Of a DNA stretch of 47,053 nt, positions 1 through 10,435 are shown piece by piece. The stretch's first letter is position 1; every line of letters starts with the position of its first letter. The position numbers and the translations under genes were made by a program. Source of the stretch: Chitinophagaceae bacterium. Its GTDB lineage: Bacteria; Bacteroidota; Bacteroidia; Chitinophagales; Chitinophagaceae. A model generated the notes under the pieces. It was not told where the DNA came from. It did no database searches and saw only the letters and a list, made by a program, of their open reading frames with translations. Where the stretch lies: contig JANNUI010000569.1 in NCBI GenBank assembly GCA_031395125.1, forward strand, positions 1-47,053, in the 5' to 3' direction.

Positions 1-417
1 ATGATTTACCTGCTGTCATCTGTTATACAGAACACAACTGTCTTTTCTATAAAAAAATTGTCCCGTCAGTTGCGTCCCGATAGCTCGAATTATAATTCTT
101 TTCCTTCCGGGCATACTGCCACCGCTTTTGCATCAGCAGAATTTCTTTACCAGGAATATAAAGATGTTTCTCCCTGGTATGGCGTGGCGGGTTACACCAT
201 GGCAGCCGCAACGGGGTATTTAAGAATGTACAATAATAAACATTGGTTTAGCGATGTAGTGGCCGGTGCAGGGATTGGTATTTTATCTACCAAGATCGCC
301 TATTGGATTTACCCCGCCATTAAAAGGGCCTTTTTTAAAAATAAACCGGTAAATACGATGATACTCCCTTACTATCAAAAAGGGGGAGGGGGCCTCTCAT
401 TAGTTTATAATTATTAA
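1..417 (+). CDS. PAP2-family phosphatase, probably 5'-truncated by the window edge
   Basis: K-x6-RP (KKLSRQLRP), FPSGH and R-x5-H-x3-D (RMYNNKHWFSD) motifs; aligns to the middle of the downstream paralog, so ATG at 1 is likely internal. Confidence 0.85.
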   Translation: MIYLLSSVIQNTTVFSIKKLSRQLRPDSSNYNSFPSGHTATAFASAEFLYQEYKDVSPWYGVAGYTMAAATGYLRMYNNKHWFSDVVAGAGIGILSTKIAYWIYPAIKRAFFKNKPVNTMILPYYQKGGGGLSLVYNY

Positions 418-435
418 CAATTTTAACCGGACATA

Positions 436-1245
436 ATGAAAAAAAAGATTATCGGCCTGGCCTTGGTCCTCACAGGATGTATAGCTGCCGGGGCGCAGCA
501 AAAAGACAGCCTGGTACTTATGGGGAATACAAGTATGCTGAAACCGGGTTTTTCTATTAATGATGCATTAGTCAAGCTTCATGAACGGAAACAAAAAATC
601 AAATTCCTGATTTTTCCCGCCGTATTAATTACCTATGGGTTTGCTGCACAAGGCAGTGAAGAATTAAAAGAGTTTGATATTTCTATAAAAAATGAGATCA
701 GAGAAGACCGCCCCTTTTTTTATACTAAAATTGATAACTACCTGTAATATGCACCCGCAGTGGCGGTGTACGGATTAAATGCAATAGGAATAAAGGGCAG
801 GAATAATTTTAAGGACCGTACAATTATTTATTTGCTTTCTACTGCTATTACGGGAGTAACTGTTCAATCATTAAAAGCTATTACTAAAGTACAGCGGCCG
901 GATGGTTTTGGAACGAATGCTTTCCCCTCCGGGCATACCGCTACCGCTTTTGCAGCAGCCGAATTTTTGCGAATGGAATATAAAGATGTTTCGCCCTGGT
1001 ATGGCGTTATTGGCTATCTGACAGCAACCACCACCTGGATATTAAGGATGTATAATAACCGGCACTGGTTCAGGGATATTTTACCCGGTGCGGGGTTTGG
1101 TATTGTATCAACTAAAGTTGCTTATTGGATTTACCCTGCTATTAAAAAAAAATTCTTTAAAGACAAACCTATGAATACGATGATTTTGCCTTACTATCAA
1201 AAAGGCGGAGGTGGTATAGCATTAGTTTGTAATTTTAATTACTGA
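436..1245 (+). pseudogene. PAP2-family phosphatase with signal peptide, interrupted by in-frame TAA at 745-747
   Basis: ORFs 436..747 and 760..1245 share a frame and read IDNYL*YAPAVAVYGLNA; the second part has QRP, FPSGH and RMYNNRHWFRD. Confidence 0.8.
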
Positions 1246-1295
1246 AATATAACCCGTGCAGTAATGAAATAAAATTACCGGCTAAATATTTTTTA

Positions 1296-3701
1296 TTGGG
1301 AAAACAAATCTTCTTAATATCCTTTGCGTTGCTGATTGCAACCAACCTCTTCCCGCAGGCAAAAAACAGTATCGTTACAGGTATTGTTTTGGATAAATCT
1401 TCGGAGCAGCCCGTAGAGTTTGCAACAGTACAATTAATGAAGCAGGCTGACAGTACCGTTATAATCACAACCGTTACAGACAAGAAAGGGAAGTTTGATT
1501 TCAATAAAACCGCTTCCGGCAGTTATATCCTCCGGGTAAGTTTTATCGGTTATGAAAATAACAGTATAAAAATTACCGTGAACCGGCAAAATCAAAACAT
1601 TGGCCAAATAGAAATTACCATTGCTGCAAAAAATATGAACGAAGTGGTAGTAACTGCTAAGAAATCTTTACTAAACACAGGCATAGACAGAAAAGTTTAT
1701 AATGTTTCACAGGACATTATGGCTCAAAGCGGCAGCGCCAGTGATATTCTTAAAAACATCCCGTCTGTAGAAGTAGATATTGAAGGACAGGTGTTATTAA
1801 GAGGTTCGGCTGATGTTATGATATTAATTAACGGCAAACCATCTCTTTTAATGGGAAAATCAAGAGCAGAAGTATTGCAGCAGTTGCCGGCAAATTCTAT
1901 TGAGCGGATTGAAGTGATAACAAATCCTTCTGCAAAATACCGCCCGGACGGAACATCGGGCATTATAAATATTGTGTTGAAAAAAAATATCAAGTATGGC
2001 TGGAATGGCTCAGTGGTTGCCAATGCCGGGAATAAAAACCGCTATAATGCAGGTATTAATTTCAATTACAAGCAGGGCAAGTGGAATTTTTTCAGTAATT
2101 ATAATTTCCGGCAAGACAGCCGATTGAGGACAGGCCATTTCAACAGGGAATATTTTGATTCAACAGGCAAAACGGAAAGCTATTATACGGAGAACAATAT
2201 GTCGCCTAACCGCCCTTTATCAAATTTTATCACCCTGGGTGCGGATTATACGCTGAACGAACACAATAGTTTGGGCATATCGGGTAATTATTTTTATCGC
2301 AAACTCACAAGGAATGATGTGTCTGAACGTTTTTTCTATGATAATAATTATTTGCTTACGGGTCATTTCAACCGTTTGAAGTACGACCCTGAATCTGAAA
2401 AAGAAAAAGAGGCTACCGTTTCCTGGCAGCATAATTTCCCGGCCGAAGACCATGAATTGCGGGTTGAATTTAATATGGCTGCAACTCATGATAAAGAGAA
2501 TCACAATAATAGCAATATCTGTTTTTTTCCGGTGCAAACATCTTCGTTCGACAATGTATTGCTGAGCGATAAGGATAACCAGCAGGAGTTAGCTGTTGAT
2601 TATACAAGGCCATTGGGCGAAGATGCAAAAATTGAAACCGGCTACGAAGGGCTGCTTAACCAGATTGATTTGGATTATTACGGTGAGTATTACGATACGC
2701 TGCAAAGAAAATTTATAAAAGATATTATAAAGTCCAACCGGTTTACATATAATGGAGCCATACATGCAGCGTATGTGGTGTATGAACGGGGATTTGAAAA
2801 ATTTAGTTTTTCTGCCGGGTTGAGGGCTGAGCAGGTTTTCATAGACGGGAACCTTGTAACCAAAGATTCATTAATAACCAACAGGTATTTTAAAATTTAT
2901 CCCACACTGCATCTTTCTTATAAATTAAAAGAGAGTGAAATACAGTTGAACTACAGCAAGAGGGTGAACCGGCCTGATGGAGATGAGTTGAATCCCTTTC
3001 CCGAATACATTGACCCTTACAACCTCCAGGCAGGGAACCCAAAATTGCTGCCGGAAATTATTCATTCCATTGAGTTGGGCTATAAATGGCAGAATGAAAA
3101 ATACTCTTTTGTGCCCAGCCTTTATTACCGGTATAAACGAAACGGGTTTACTGAAGTTACTGTTCCTGTAAATGATACTGTTTTACTTACAACATAACAG
3201 AATTTATCCAATGATAAATCTTCCGGGCTTGAATTAATTTTTTCAGCAAAGCCGGCTAAATCTTTATCCGTTAATCTGAGTTCTAATTTTTTTTATACAC
3301 AGATAGATGCTTCAAATATTGGTTACGGTGATAAAAAGTCTATTGTTTCAATGAGTGCAAATTTTAACTCAACAATTACGCTTACAAAAACCACCCTGTG
3401 GCAGGTAAGTTGCAATTACCGTTCTGCCCGGTTAACGCCACAGGGCAGGTCTTTCGGAAATTTTGTGTTAAACACCGGCGTCCGGCAGGACCTTTTCAGG
3501 AAAAAAGTTTCATTAACACTTACTGTCACGGATATTTTTAAAACGCTCCGGCAAAAAACAAAATTCAACAGCCTTTATTTAAAACAAAACTCCTTCGGCA
3601 AAAGAGACTCAAGAATTATTTATCTCGGCATCAGTTACCGCTTTGGCAAAACAATAAAGAAAAGTGATGAAGAAAAACTTCAGTTTGATGATGCTCTGTA
3701 A
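1296..3701 (+). pseudogene. TonB-dependent receptor / outer-membrane beta-barrel (CarboxypepD-like N domain, plug, barrel) interrupted by in-frame TAA at 3195-3197
   Basis: Plug motifs (LKNIPSVEVD, IERIEVITNPSAKY, GIINIVLKK) and GNPKLLPE; the frame stays open after the stop (LTT*QNLSNDKSSGLELIF...) into ORF 3351..3701 ending ISYRFGK; start codon uncertain. Confidence 0.85.
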
Positions 3702-3714
3702 ACAGAACTCCTTA

Positions 3715-4635
3715 TTACTTTTTTTTCTCCAAAAACACCTCCGCCATCATACACCTTACGCTTCCGCCTTCCACCTGTTCAATCGTTGGAACAGCAATGG
3801 GCAGCAATTGTGCGTAAGCTTCCAGCATTTCTTTTTGTTCTTTCCGCAGGGCATCAAATGCAGCCTGGCTCAGCACTAATATGTTTTCCCCCCTGCTATT
3901 TTTTACTTCCAGCATATTTCCCGCAAATTGCTGCATCTGCTCCTTTGTAATGGGGATGATGGTATGATGCGTGGATTCCAGTAGCTGCCGCACCGCTATC
4001 AGCTCCCATTCCTCATCAATCGCTTCTTCACATAACACGCAGAATCTTTCTCCCAGCGCCATCACCACATTGGTATGATACACCGGGCGGCCTTTACTAT
4101 CTGTTGCCAGGAATACAATGGCCTGGTAGCTATTGCTGGCGGCAAATTTTTCCAGTACGGAAATATTGGTCCGTTCGGATATAGCAGCATAGATGAGTTT
4201 ATTGCCATGATCAATCACCATGCTGCCCGTGCCCTCCAGGAAGCGGCCTTCGGCCTCGTATTCACTCCAGTCCTGCAGATCCTTTACTATAAATTCCTTA
4301 GCCAGCTGATCCAGTATATCTTCTCTTTTCTCTGCTCTGCGGTTAGCTGCATACATGGGAAATACAAATACTTTTCCGTCCGGCGAAGTGCTGAGCCAGT
4401 TATTGGGGAAAATGGCATCGGGTTTGGACGGCTCCTTGCTGTCTTCTATAACCAGCACATTAATATCATTATTCCGCAGCGTTTGCAGCATGCTGTCAAA
4501 CTCTGCCAGCGCCTTTTGCTGCAGTTCTTCTATTGAAATGCCGGGATTGGACTGGAAATAATTATTAGCCGCTGTTTCTTCATTAAAACCAAAAGCGGCA
4601 GGACGAACCATTAGTATGGTGCTGGCGAGTGGCAT
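3715..4635 (-). CDS. Amidinotransferase / arginine-deiminase superfamily protein (CtlX-like citrulline utilization hydrolase)
   Basis: MVRPAAFGFNEETA, DAIFPNNW, FLEGTGS, YHTNV, GGSVRCM. Confidence 0.85.
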   Translation of the reverse strand: MPLASTILMVRPAAFGFNEETAANNYFQSNPGISIEELQQKALAEFDSMLQTLRNNDINVLVIEDSKEPSKPDAIFPNNWLSTSPDGKVFVFPMYAANRRAEKREDILDQLAKEFIVKDLQDWSEYEAEGRFLEGTGSMVIDHGNKLIYAAISERTNISVLEKFAASNSYQAIVFLATDSKGRPVYHTNVVMALGERFCVLCEEAIDEEWELIAVRQLLESTHHTIIPITKEQMQQFAGNMLEVKNSRGENILVLSQAAFDALRKEQKEMLEAYAQLLPIAVPTIEQVEGGSVRCMMAEVFLEKKK

Positions 4636-4660
4636 GCCCCCTAACCCCCTAAAGGGGGAA
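4636..4660 (-). repeat. G-rich REP-like repeat, family A
   Basis: gccccctaaccccctaaagggggaa; 24/25 identical to the reverse complement of 4968-4992. Confidence 0.85.
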
Positions 4661-4924
4661 TAAAGAATCTATTTTACTTGCAAGCTTTCTGTCTTTCTCC
4701 GTCACAATATCTCCTGCATCATGAGTGCTCAACCAAATCTCCACTGTGTTCCACACATTGGTCCAAAGCGGGTGATGATCCATTTTTTCTGCTTCCATGG
4801 CCACCCTTGTCATAAAGGCATATGCTTCGCTGAAGTTTTTGAACTGGAATTTTTTATACAGTTTGTTATCGGTTTCTTGCCACATGCCCCCATCCCCTGA
4901 AGGGGAGTTATTAGCCGTGCTCAT
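4649..4924 (-). CDS. Pterin-4-alpha-carbinolamine dehydratase (true start may be ATG at 4885)
   Basis: FKNFSEAYAFM, DHHPLWTNVWNTV, LSTHDAG, TEKDRKLA. Confidence 0.9.
   Translation of the reverse strand: MSTANNSPSGDGGMWQETDNKLYKKFQFKNFSEAYAFMTRVAMEAEKMDHHPLWTNVWNTVEIWLSTHDAGDIVTEKDRKLASKIDSLFPL
4886..4907 (-). repeat. Degenerate family A repeat
   Basis: Minus strand reads ctccccttcaggggatgggggc immediately before ATG TGG CAA. Confidence 0.7.
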
Positions 4925-4967
4925 ATTGAAAGTTTTGCTTTGAAGTTAAGTATTGTTTGGTGTTTTG

Positions 4968-4992
4968 TTCCCCCTTTAGGGGGTCAGGGGGC
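4968..4992 (+). repeat. G-rich REP-like repeat, family A
   Basis: ttccccctttagggggtcagggggc: CCCCC-TTTA-GGGGG hairpin plus G-rich tail. Confidence 0.85.
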
Positions 4993-5441
4993 TAAAAAAC
5001 AAGGTTTTCCTTGTTCGTTATCTTATCAACCGCCAGCTCAGTCACCAGTTGCACATTCTGGATAGAGCGGATGGCTTGAACGGTTTCCTGCAGTGATTCG
5101 TCACAAACTTCATCCCCTTTCATTAGCCATAAGAAATCCAGGTGCTTGAATTCAGGCAGCAGGTATTCCCCGTCAAACCGGTTGTTATAAACATAATGCG
5201 ACAGGAACCGGGTTGGTTCGTTGAATTCATAAATAGAGAAGAAATAATTCCTTTTTTTCCGGATCACTTTTATTTCCAGCTCATGATTGATGCGGAAATC
5301 CAGCCCCGTGGCAGAATTCAGGTGCCAGCAAAACTGGTAATCCTTTACCGGCGACATGATACCGAGCACCCGGGTGTCTTCAAAGAACATTTCTGTCAGC
5401 TCCCTGTTATCGAGTGTTAGTTTATTGCCCCGTTCTGCCAT
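4992..5441 (-). CDS. IPExxxVDY-family protein (Bacteroidota hypothetical)
   Basis: YLLPEFKHLDFLW motif, DYQFCWHLN, 149 aa. Confidence 0.75.
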   Translation of the reverse strand: MAERGNKLTLDNRELTEMFFEDTRVLGIMSPVKDYQFCWHLNSATGLDFRINHELEIKVIRKKRNYFFSIYEFNEPTRFLSHYVYNNRFDGEYLLPEFKHLDFLWLMKGDEVCDESLQETVQAIRSIQNVQLVTELAVDKITNKENLVF

Positions 5442-5490
5442 TATTTGGGATTTGAAAGCAAGTTACATAATGATGACTGATATACTCATT

Positions 5491-5544
5491 AACCACGGAT
5501 CACACGGATTGGTTTTCATGGTTTACACTGTGCTATCTGTGGCT
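5491..5544. repeat. (CAC-Nx) inverted repeat, family B, two-unit version
   Basis: aaccacggat cacacggatt ... ctgtgct atctgtggct. Confidence 0.6.
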
Positions 5545-5554
5545 AAACCTACTA

Positions 5555-7234
5555 TCAGAATTCAACTGTTGTTTCCAGTGCATCATTGCCCCTCTTGTAT
5601 TTCACTTTCGTTTTATCCCCTTTTTTGAATTTGGTCAGTGTCTGCATATAGCTTTCCATGGAGTAAACAGAATAATCGCCTATCTGCAGAATGATATCCC
5701 CTGCCATCAATCCCGCTTTTTGTGCCGGCTTGCCTTCGCTGACACCATCGGCCCTTACTCCAGCGCCGGCATAAGTATAATCAGGCATAATTCCCATCGA
5801 AACATTGAACCTGGCCGTAGTGGTGGTTTGAGTTTCCCTTGTTTTAGTGAATGCCAGCCGGGGTTGTTTTTCCAGCGATTCAATCACTCTGAGTATATGC
5901 CCGATAATAATTTGCTCTCCGTTGAAATTGATCTTATCCGCATCATCCGTTGGCTTGTGATAGTCGGTGTGCAGCCCCGTGAAATAAAACAATACGGGAA
6001 TGTCTTTCCGGTAAAACGAAGTGTGGTCGCTGGGGCCGGTTCCGCTGCTGTCGATCCTGATGACCAGGGAGGGCGCCGTTTTTTTATTGGCACTGGGTAA
6101 TTCAAAATAATCCTGGCTGATGACAGATGACCATGTTGGAGATGTGCCATATCCGCCAATCGTTAATACCCTGGTACTATCATTCAGCCTGCCCACCATA
6201 TCCATATTGATCATGTAGTTCACCGTTTTCAGGTCAATACTGGGATGCTCAGTAAAATATTTTGAACCATACAGTCCAAGCTCTTCCCCTGAAAATGCAA
6301 TAAAGAGATAATTGTTTCCTTTAGCTGCAGATGACTTTAATTTTCTGCCCAGTTCGATCAATGCCGCCGTGCCGCTGGCATTATCGTCAGCACCGTTGTG
6401 TATCGCTGCCTCCTGTGATGTATGTCTTGAGTTACCATCCTCCCCATATCCCAGGTGGTCAAAATGAGCGCCGAGCACCACGGTTGTTGCCGCTTTGTTG
6501 TCAATATAACCGATCACATTATTGCCAATCCTTGTTTTCTCTGAGATGCCAATCCGCATTTTAATCGTCAGCGTGGCAGTCTTGTCGCTGAAATACTTTT
6601 CAGCGACAGGGCGGGAAACATACAGCACCGGTATGTCCATTTTTTCTGACCGGTCTTTGCTGTCAAATGCAAGCTTGTCGTCAATAGCCGATATATTATA
6701 TAATATGACTGCTGAAGCACCGCGGTCCTTTGCTTTTTTGGAATTGTTGCGGATATAGTCCTTCAAATCGAAATGCGGATTTTTCTGGTTTTCTTCCAGC
6801 GTTTCTTTCAGGTCAAAGAACCAGGGCATACCCGCTTCCTGTACAGCAATCGATGGTAATGCTTCCAGCGAGATATCGGGAGACCAGGGAAACGGAAAGA
6901 AATCCTTGCCTGTTACCAGCTTGCTGTCATTGATACTCAGCTCTGTTATTGAATCGATCTTCTTTCCGTCATTGACAATAAATGATTGTGTGTAATACTC
7001 CGTTCCTTTGGGTTGCAGCCCGTTTGCCTTAAACTGGTTACTGATATACTCAGCAGCCAGTTCTTCCCCTTTTGTTCCGGTTCTTCTTCCTTCCAGTTTA
7101 TCATCGGCGAGATATTTAATATGTGCCTTCAGGTTGTCTAAAGTTTGCGTGTCGGGCTTTATGGTTTTCCTGGAAGAAGAACATCCGGCAAGAAACAGGA
7201 CCGCTATAATAATTTTCAGAGAGTAGAGTTTCAT
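5555..7234 (-). CDS. M28 peptidase lipoprotein with PA-like insert and C-terminal PDZ domain
   Basis: Lipobox LAGC; GAHFDH, GADDNASG, FSGEELG, SDH, DYHKPTD; PDZ-like MGIMPD...PAQKAGL; start taken at MKLYS (ORF extends to 7276). Confidence 0.9.
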   Translation of the reverse strand: MKLYSLKIIIAVLFLAGCSSSRKTIKPDTQTLDNLKAHIKYLADDKLEGRRTGTKGEELAAEYISNQFKANGLQPKGTEYYTQSFIVNDGKKIDSITELSINDSKLVTGKDFFPFPWSPDISLEALPSIAVQEAGMPWFFDLKETLEENQKNPHFDLKDYIRNNSKKAKDRGASAVILYNISAIDDKLAFDSKDRSEKMDIPVLYVSRPVAEKYFSDKTATLTIKMRIGISEKTRIGNNVIGYIDNKAATTVVLGAHFDHLGYGEDGNSRHTSQEAAIHNGADDNASGTAALIELGRKLKSSAAKGNNYLFIAFSGEELGLYGSKYFTEHPSIDLKTVNYMINMDMVGRLNDSTRVLTIGGYGTSPTWSSVISQDYFELPSANKKTAPSLVIRIDSSGTGPSDHTSFYRKDIPVLFYFTGLHTDYHKPTDDADKINFNGEQIIIGHILRVIESLEKQPRLAFTKTRETQTTTTARFNVSMGIMPDYTYAGAGVRADGVSEGKPAQKAGLMAGDIILQIGDYSVYSMESYMQTLTKFKKGDKTKVKYKRGNDALETTVEF

Positions 7235-7371
7235 TGGTTGTTGATATAAAGACGTAAAGGTATTAAGGGCTTTCATCTTTTATTCACTCCTGCGGGCATA
7301 TTTTGATCATCATTTTCCCGTTTGGGATGTCTAAAAATCGTTTATCGTAAGGTGGGTAAGGGTTGCCTGTT

Positions 7372-7379
7372 TACTTTTG
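7372..7379 (+). promoter_or_regulatory. Bacteroidota -7 promoter element for feoB
   Basis: TACTTTTG matches TAnnTTTG, about 50 nt upstream of the start. Confidence 0.6.
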
Positions 7380-7428
7380 CGGGTTAACGAGGGGTGCCGC
7401 GGTTTAGAACCGTGGCACCCCTACCACA

Positions 7429-9549
7429 GTGAAAAACGAAAAGCTCCATATCGCCCTGGTAGGTAACCCCAACAGCGGGAAAACATCCCTGTTCAATTGC
7501 CTTACCGGCCTTAACCAAAAAGTAGGCAATTTTCCGGGTGTTACGGTAGATAAAAAAACAGGCAGCACAATGCTGTCTGCTTCCGTCAGCGCCGAGGTGA
7601 TCGACCTGCCCGGTTCCTATAGCCTTTACCCCCGCCGGATGGACGAATGGGTGAGTTACCGGGTTCTGCTGAACCAGGACAAAGAGATAAAAGCCGATGT
7701 GGTGGTAGTGGTTGCGGATGCCAGTAACCTGAAACGAAACCTGCTTTTCTGCACCCAGATCATTGACCTGAAAGTGCCGGTGGTAATCGCTTTGACCATG
7801 ATGGACATGGCCCGCCGAAAGGGGATCAAGATCGACATCCCTGAGCTGGAAAGAGAATTGGGTGTGCCGGTAGTGGCTGTAAACCCGAGAAAGAATAAGG
7901 GTATTGTCCAACTGAAAAAAGCGATCGAGCAAACTTCCCAGCAGCTATACCAGTCCCCGGTCAGGGATTTCATAGATAACAGGGCTTTTGCTGAAACTTC
8001 CATAGAAGAAGTAAAGCAGCATTTCCCGGAAATAAGTGATTATGCGGCCATTCATTTCCTTATCAACCATGAATCCTTTGGTCTGCCGGCAGCCATGCAG
8101 GAAACTATCGAAGGCATTGAGCAGAAAAATAAATTCAATGCTACCAAAACACAAGCCGGGGAAATTTTGCAACGCTATGGCCGCATCAAACAGGTCATGC
8201 AGCTTTCCGTATCAGAACCTGACCCTTTGCAGAAAACCCTTTTTACCGAAAAACTGGACAATCTGCTGCTTCACCGCCGCTGGGGTTATTGGATCCTCCT
8301 GGGGGTTTTGTTCCTGCTTTTTCAAAGTGTGTTCCTGCTGGCGCAATACCCGATGGACTGGATCGACCTTGGGTTTGCAAAGATCAGCCAGTCGCTTTCC
8401 TCCTCCCTGCCTGATAACCGCTGGACCGACCTGTTAATTAATGGCGTTATCGCCGGGCTGAGTGGCATCCTTGTATTTGTTCCGCAGATCATGATACTAT
8501 TCGGGCTGATCACTTTACTGGAAGACTCCGGCTATATGGCCCGTATCAGTTTTCTTTCAGACCGCCTGATGAGAAGCGTGGGCCTGAACGGAAAAAGTGT
8601 GATGCCGATGATCAGTGGTTTTGCCTGTGCCGTGCCCGCCATTATGAGCGCCAGGAATATTGAGAACCGGAAAGAGCGGTTGCTGACGATACTGATAACG
8701 CCGCTGATGAGCTGCTCGGCAAGACTCCCGGTTTATACCATATTGATCGGGCTGGTGATCCCGCAACAATATCTATTTGGTTTCCTCGGCGTACAGGGCT
8801 TGGTGATGATGGGTTTGTATTTGCTGGGTTTGGTGATGGCATTGATCGTTTCCTATGTGGCCAAGTGGTTCATTAAAATAAAAGAGAAAAGTTTTTTTAT
8901 CCTTGAGCTGCCTTCTTACCGTTCGCCGAGGTGGGGCAATGTTGTTACCACCATGCTCAGTAAAGCAAGGATATTTGTATTTGATGCGGGGAAAATTATC
9001 ATGATAATCAGTTTGGCACTTTGGGCACTCAGTTCCTTTGGACCCGGTCATTCCATGCAAAGGGTTTCCGAGCAATATGAACAACTGAAAGCCAGACCTG
9101 GCGCTGATGTGGAACGGCTGAATCATGAATTTCAAACTGCAAAACTTGAAACTTCCTATGCCGGTATAATGGGCAAGACCATTGAGCCGGCTATCGCACC
9201 ACTGGGCTTCGACTGGAAGATCGGTATAGCCCTCATCACTTCTTTTGCCGCAAGGGAAGTTTTTGTAGGCACTATGGCCACTTTATACAGCGTGGGCGAT
9301 GAAGACGAGGGCAGCTTATTGCTGAAAGAGAAGATGAAAGCTGCCGTAAGACCCGACGGGAAACCGGTATTCAACCTGGCCACCGGCTTATCGCTGATGA
9401 TATTCTATGTATTTGCCATGCAATGCATGAGTACACTGGCTGTGGTAAAGCGGGAAACAAGAGGATGGAAATGGCCCATCATTCAGTTGCTGTACATGAC
9501 GGGGCTGGCTTATGTGATGAGTTGGGTGGTATACCAGTTGTTTAGATAA
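7429..9549 (+). CDS. feoB: Ferrous iron transport protein B
   Basis: GNPNSGKT, GNFPGVTV, DLPGSYSL, LEDSGYMAR, MSCSARLPVY, multi-TM C-terminal domain. Confidence 0.97.
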   Translation: MKNEKLHIALVGNPNSGKTSLFNCLTGLNQKVGNFPGVTVDKKTGSTMLSASVSAEVIDLPGSYSLYPRRMDEWVSYRVLLNQDKEIKADVVVVVADASNLKRNLLFCTQIIDLKVPVVIALTMMDMARRKGIKIDIPELERELGVPVVAVNPRKNKGIVQLKKAIEQTSQQLYQSPVRDFIDNRAFAETSIEEVKQHFPEISDYAAIHFLINHESFGLPAAMQETIEGIEQKNKFNATKTQAGEILQRYGRIKQVMQLSVSEPDPLQKTLFTEKLDNLLLHRRWGYWILLGVLFLLFQSVFLLAQYPMDWIDLGFAKISQSLSSSLPDNRWTDLLINGVIAGLSGILVFVPQIMILFGLITLLEDSGYMARISFLSDRLMRSVGLNGKSVMPMISGFACAVPAIMSARNIENRKERLLTILITPLMSCSARLPVYTILIGLVIPQQYLFGFLGVQGLVMMGLYLLGLVMALIVSYVAKWFIKIKEKSFFILELPSYRSPRWGNVVTTMLSKARIFVFDAGKIIMIISLALWALSSFGPGHSMQRVSEQYEQLKARPGADVERLNHEFQTAKLETSYAGIMGKTIEPAIAPLGFDWKIGIALITSFAAREVFVGTMATLYSVGDEDEGSLLLKEKMKAAVRPDGKPVFNLATGLSLMIFYVFAMQCMSTLAVVKRETRGWKWPIIQLLYMTGLAYVMSWVVYQLFR

Positions 9550-9550
9550 C

Positions 9551-10420
9551 TTAGTTTGTTCCAAAATACTCCCACAACAACTTCGACAATTTCCTCGACA
9601 TCACCCAGGCCTCATTCTCCTGCATCCAACGTTGATCCTTGTTGTTCTTGGTAAAAATGCAAAAGATATAGGGATTGCCCGGTGCATTGACTAGTAACAC
9701 TTCACTACGGGAGGCATTCACACAGCCATTCTTGCTGAACACTTCGATCGTTGGGGGTATTTGTGAAATGGCTTCATTCTCATCCCAGTAATTACGCCCA
9801 AGGCAACGCATCATCCGTTCACAGGCAGTGGCCGAGAAAATCTCATTGCTGTATATTTTTTCAAGCAGGGTGCCCATTTCACGGGGAGTGGTTTGTCCCC
9901 ATTGGTATACGGCCCGGAAACTTTCCCGGCCGGGGGTCCTGGAGTTCACTCTTGTGTCTTTCAACCCCAGCCCTTCCATTATTTCATTGATCCTGGTACC
10001 GCCACCTGCAAGACTTTGCAGCCAGAGGCTGGCTGTATTGTCGCTGGTGGTCAGCATCAGCATAACCAGTTTTTTCAAAACGATCTTTTCGTCCGTTTTA
10101 AATGAACCAAGTATATCCGAGCCGGCGTAGAGCAATGAATCCTTATAGGTCAGCGATGAATCATACTTCAGCTCTCCTCTTTCTATTTTATCCATAATGC
10201 CAAGCAGTATCGGCACTTTCACAATACTGGCGGTCGGGAAAATGGTATCGGCATTGATGGCAACTGTTTTATCGGTACGGAGATTTTTTACATAAATACC
10301 AATATCACCGTTATAGCCGCTGATGGCCTCCTGCAGTTTTGCCTGTAGCCGTTTATCAGTTTTTTGCGCCGCAGCAAGGATTGGCAGGCAAGAAATTATT
10401 AGTAAAAAAAAATTCTTCAC
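9551..10420 (-). CDS. Class A beta-lactamase-like serine hydrolase, secreted
   Basis: SxxK (ASIVK), SDN, KNG in place of KTG; signal peptide from GTG 10420 (the ORF-track start at 10441 lies inside a repeat). Confidence 0.85.
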   Translation of the reverse strand: MKNFFLLIISCLPILAAAQKTDKRLQAKLQEAISGYNGDIGIYVKNLRTDKTVAINADTIFPTASIVKVPILLGIMDKIERGELKYDSSLTYKDSLLYAGSDILGSFKTDEKIVLKKLVMLMLTTSDNTASLWLQSLAGGGTRINEIMEGLGLKDTRVNSRTPGRESFRAVYQWGQTTPREMGTLLEKIYSNEIFSATACERMMRCLGRNYWDENEAISQIPPTIEVFSKNGCVNASRSEVLLVNAPGNPYIFCIFTKNNKDQRWMQENEAWVMSRKLSKLLWEYFGTN

Positions 10421-10435
10421 ATCGAATAATTTATT

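Noticed and set aside
436-3701. Genome-wide TAA-to-Gln recoding
   Set aside because: Many intact genes here end in TAA at their expected C-termini (feoB, fhs, fdhD, mnmG), so the two internal TAAs are better read as mutations or errors
9551-10420. Bona fide antibiotic-resistance beta-lactamase
   Set aside because: KNG replaces KTG and no clear omega-loop ExxLN motif is present; only the fold can be supported
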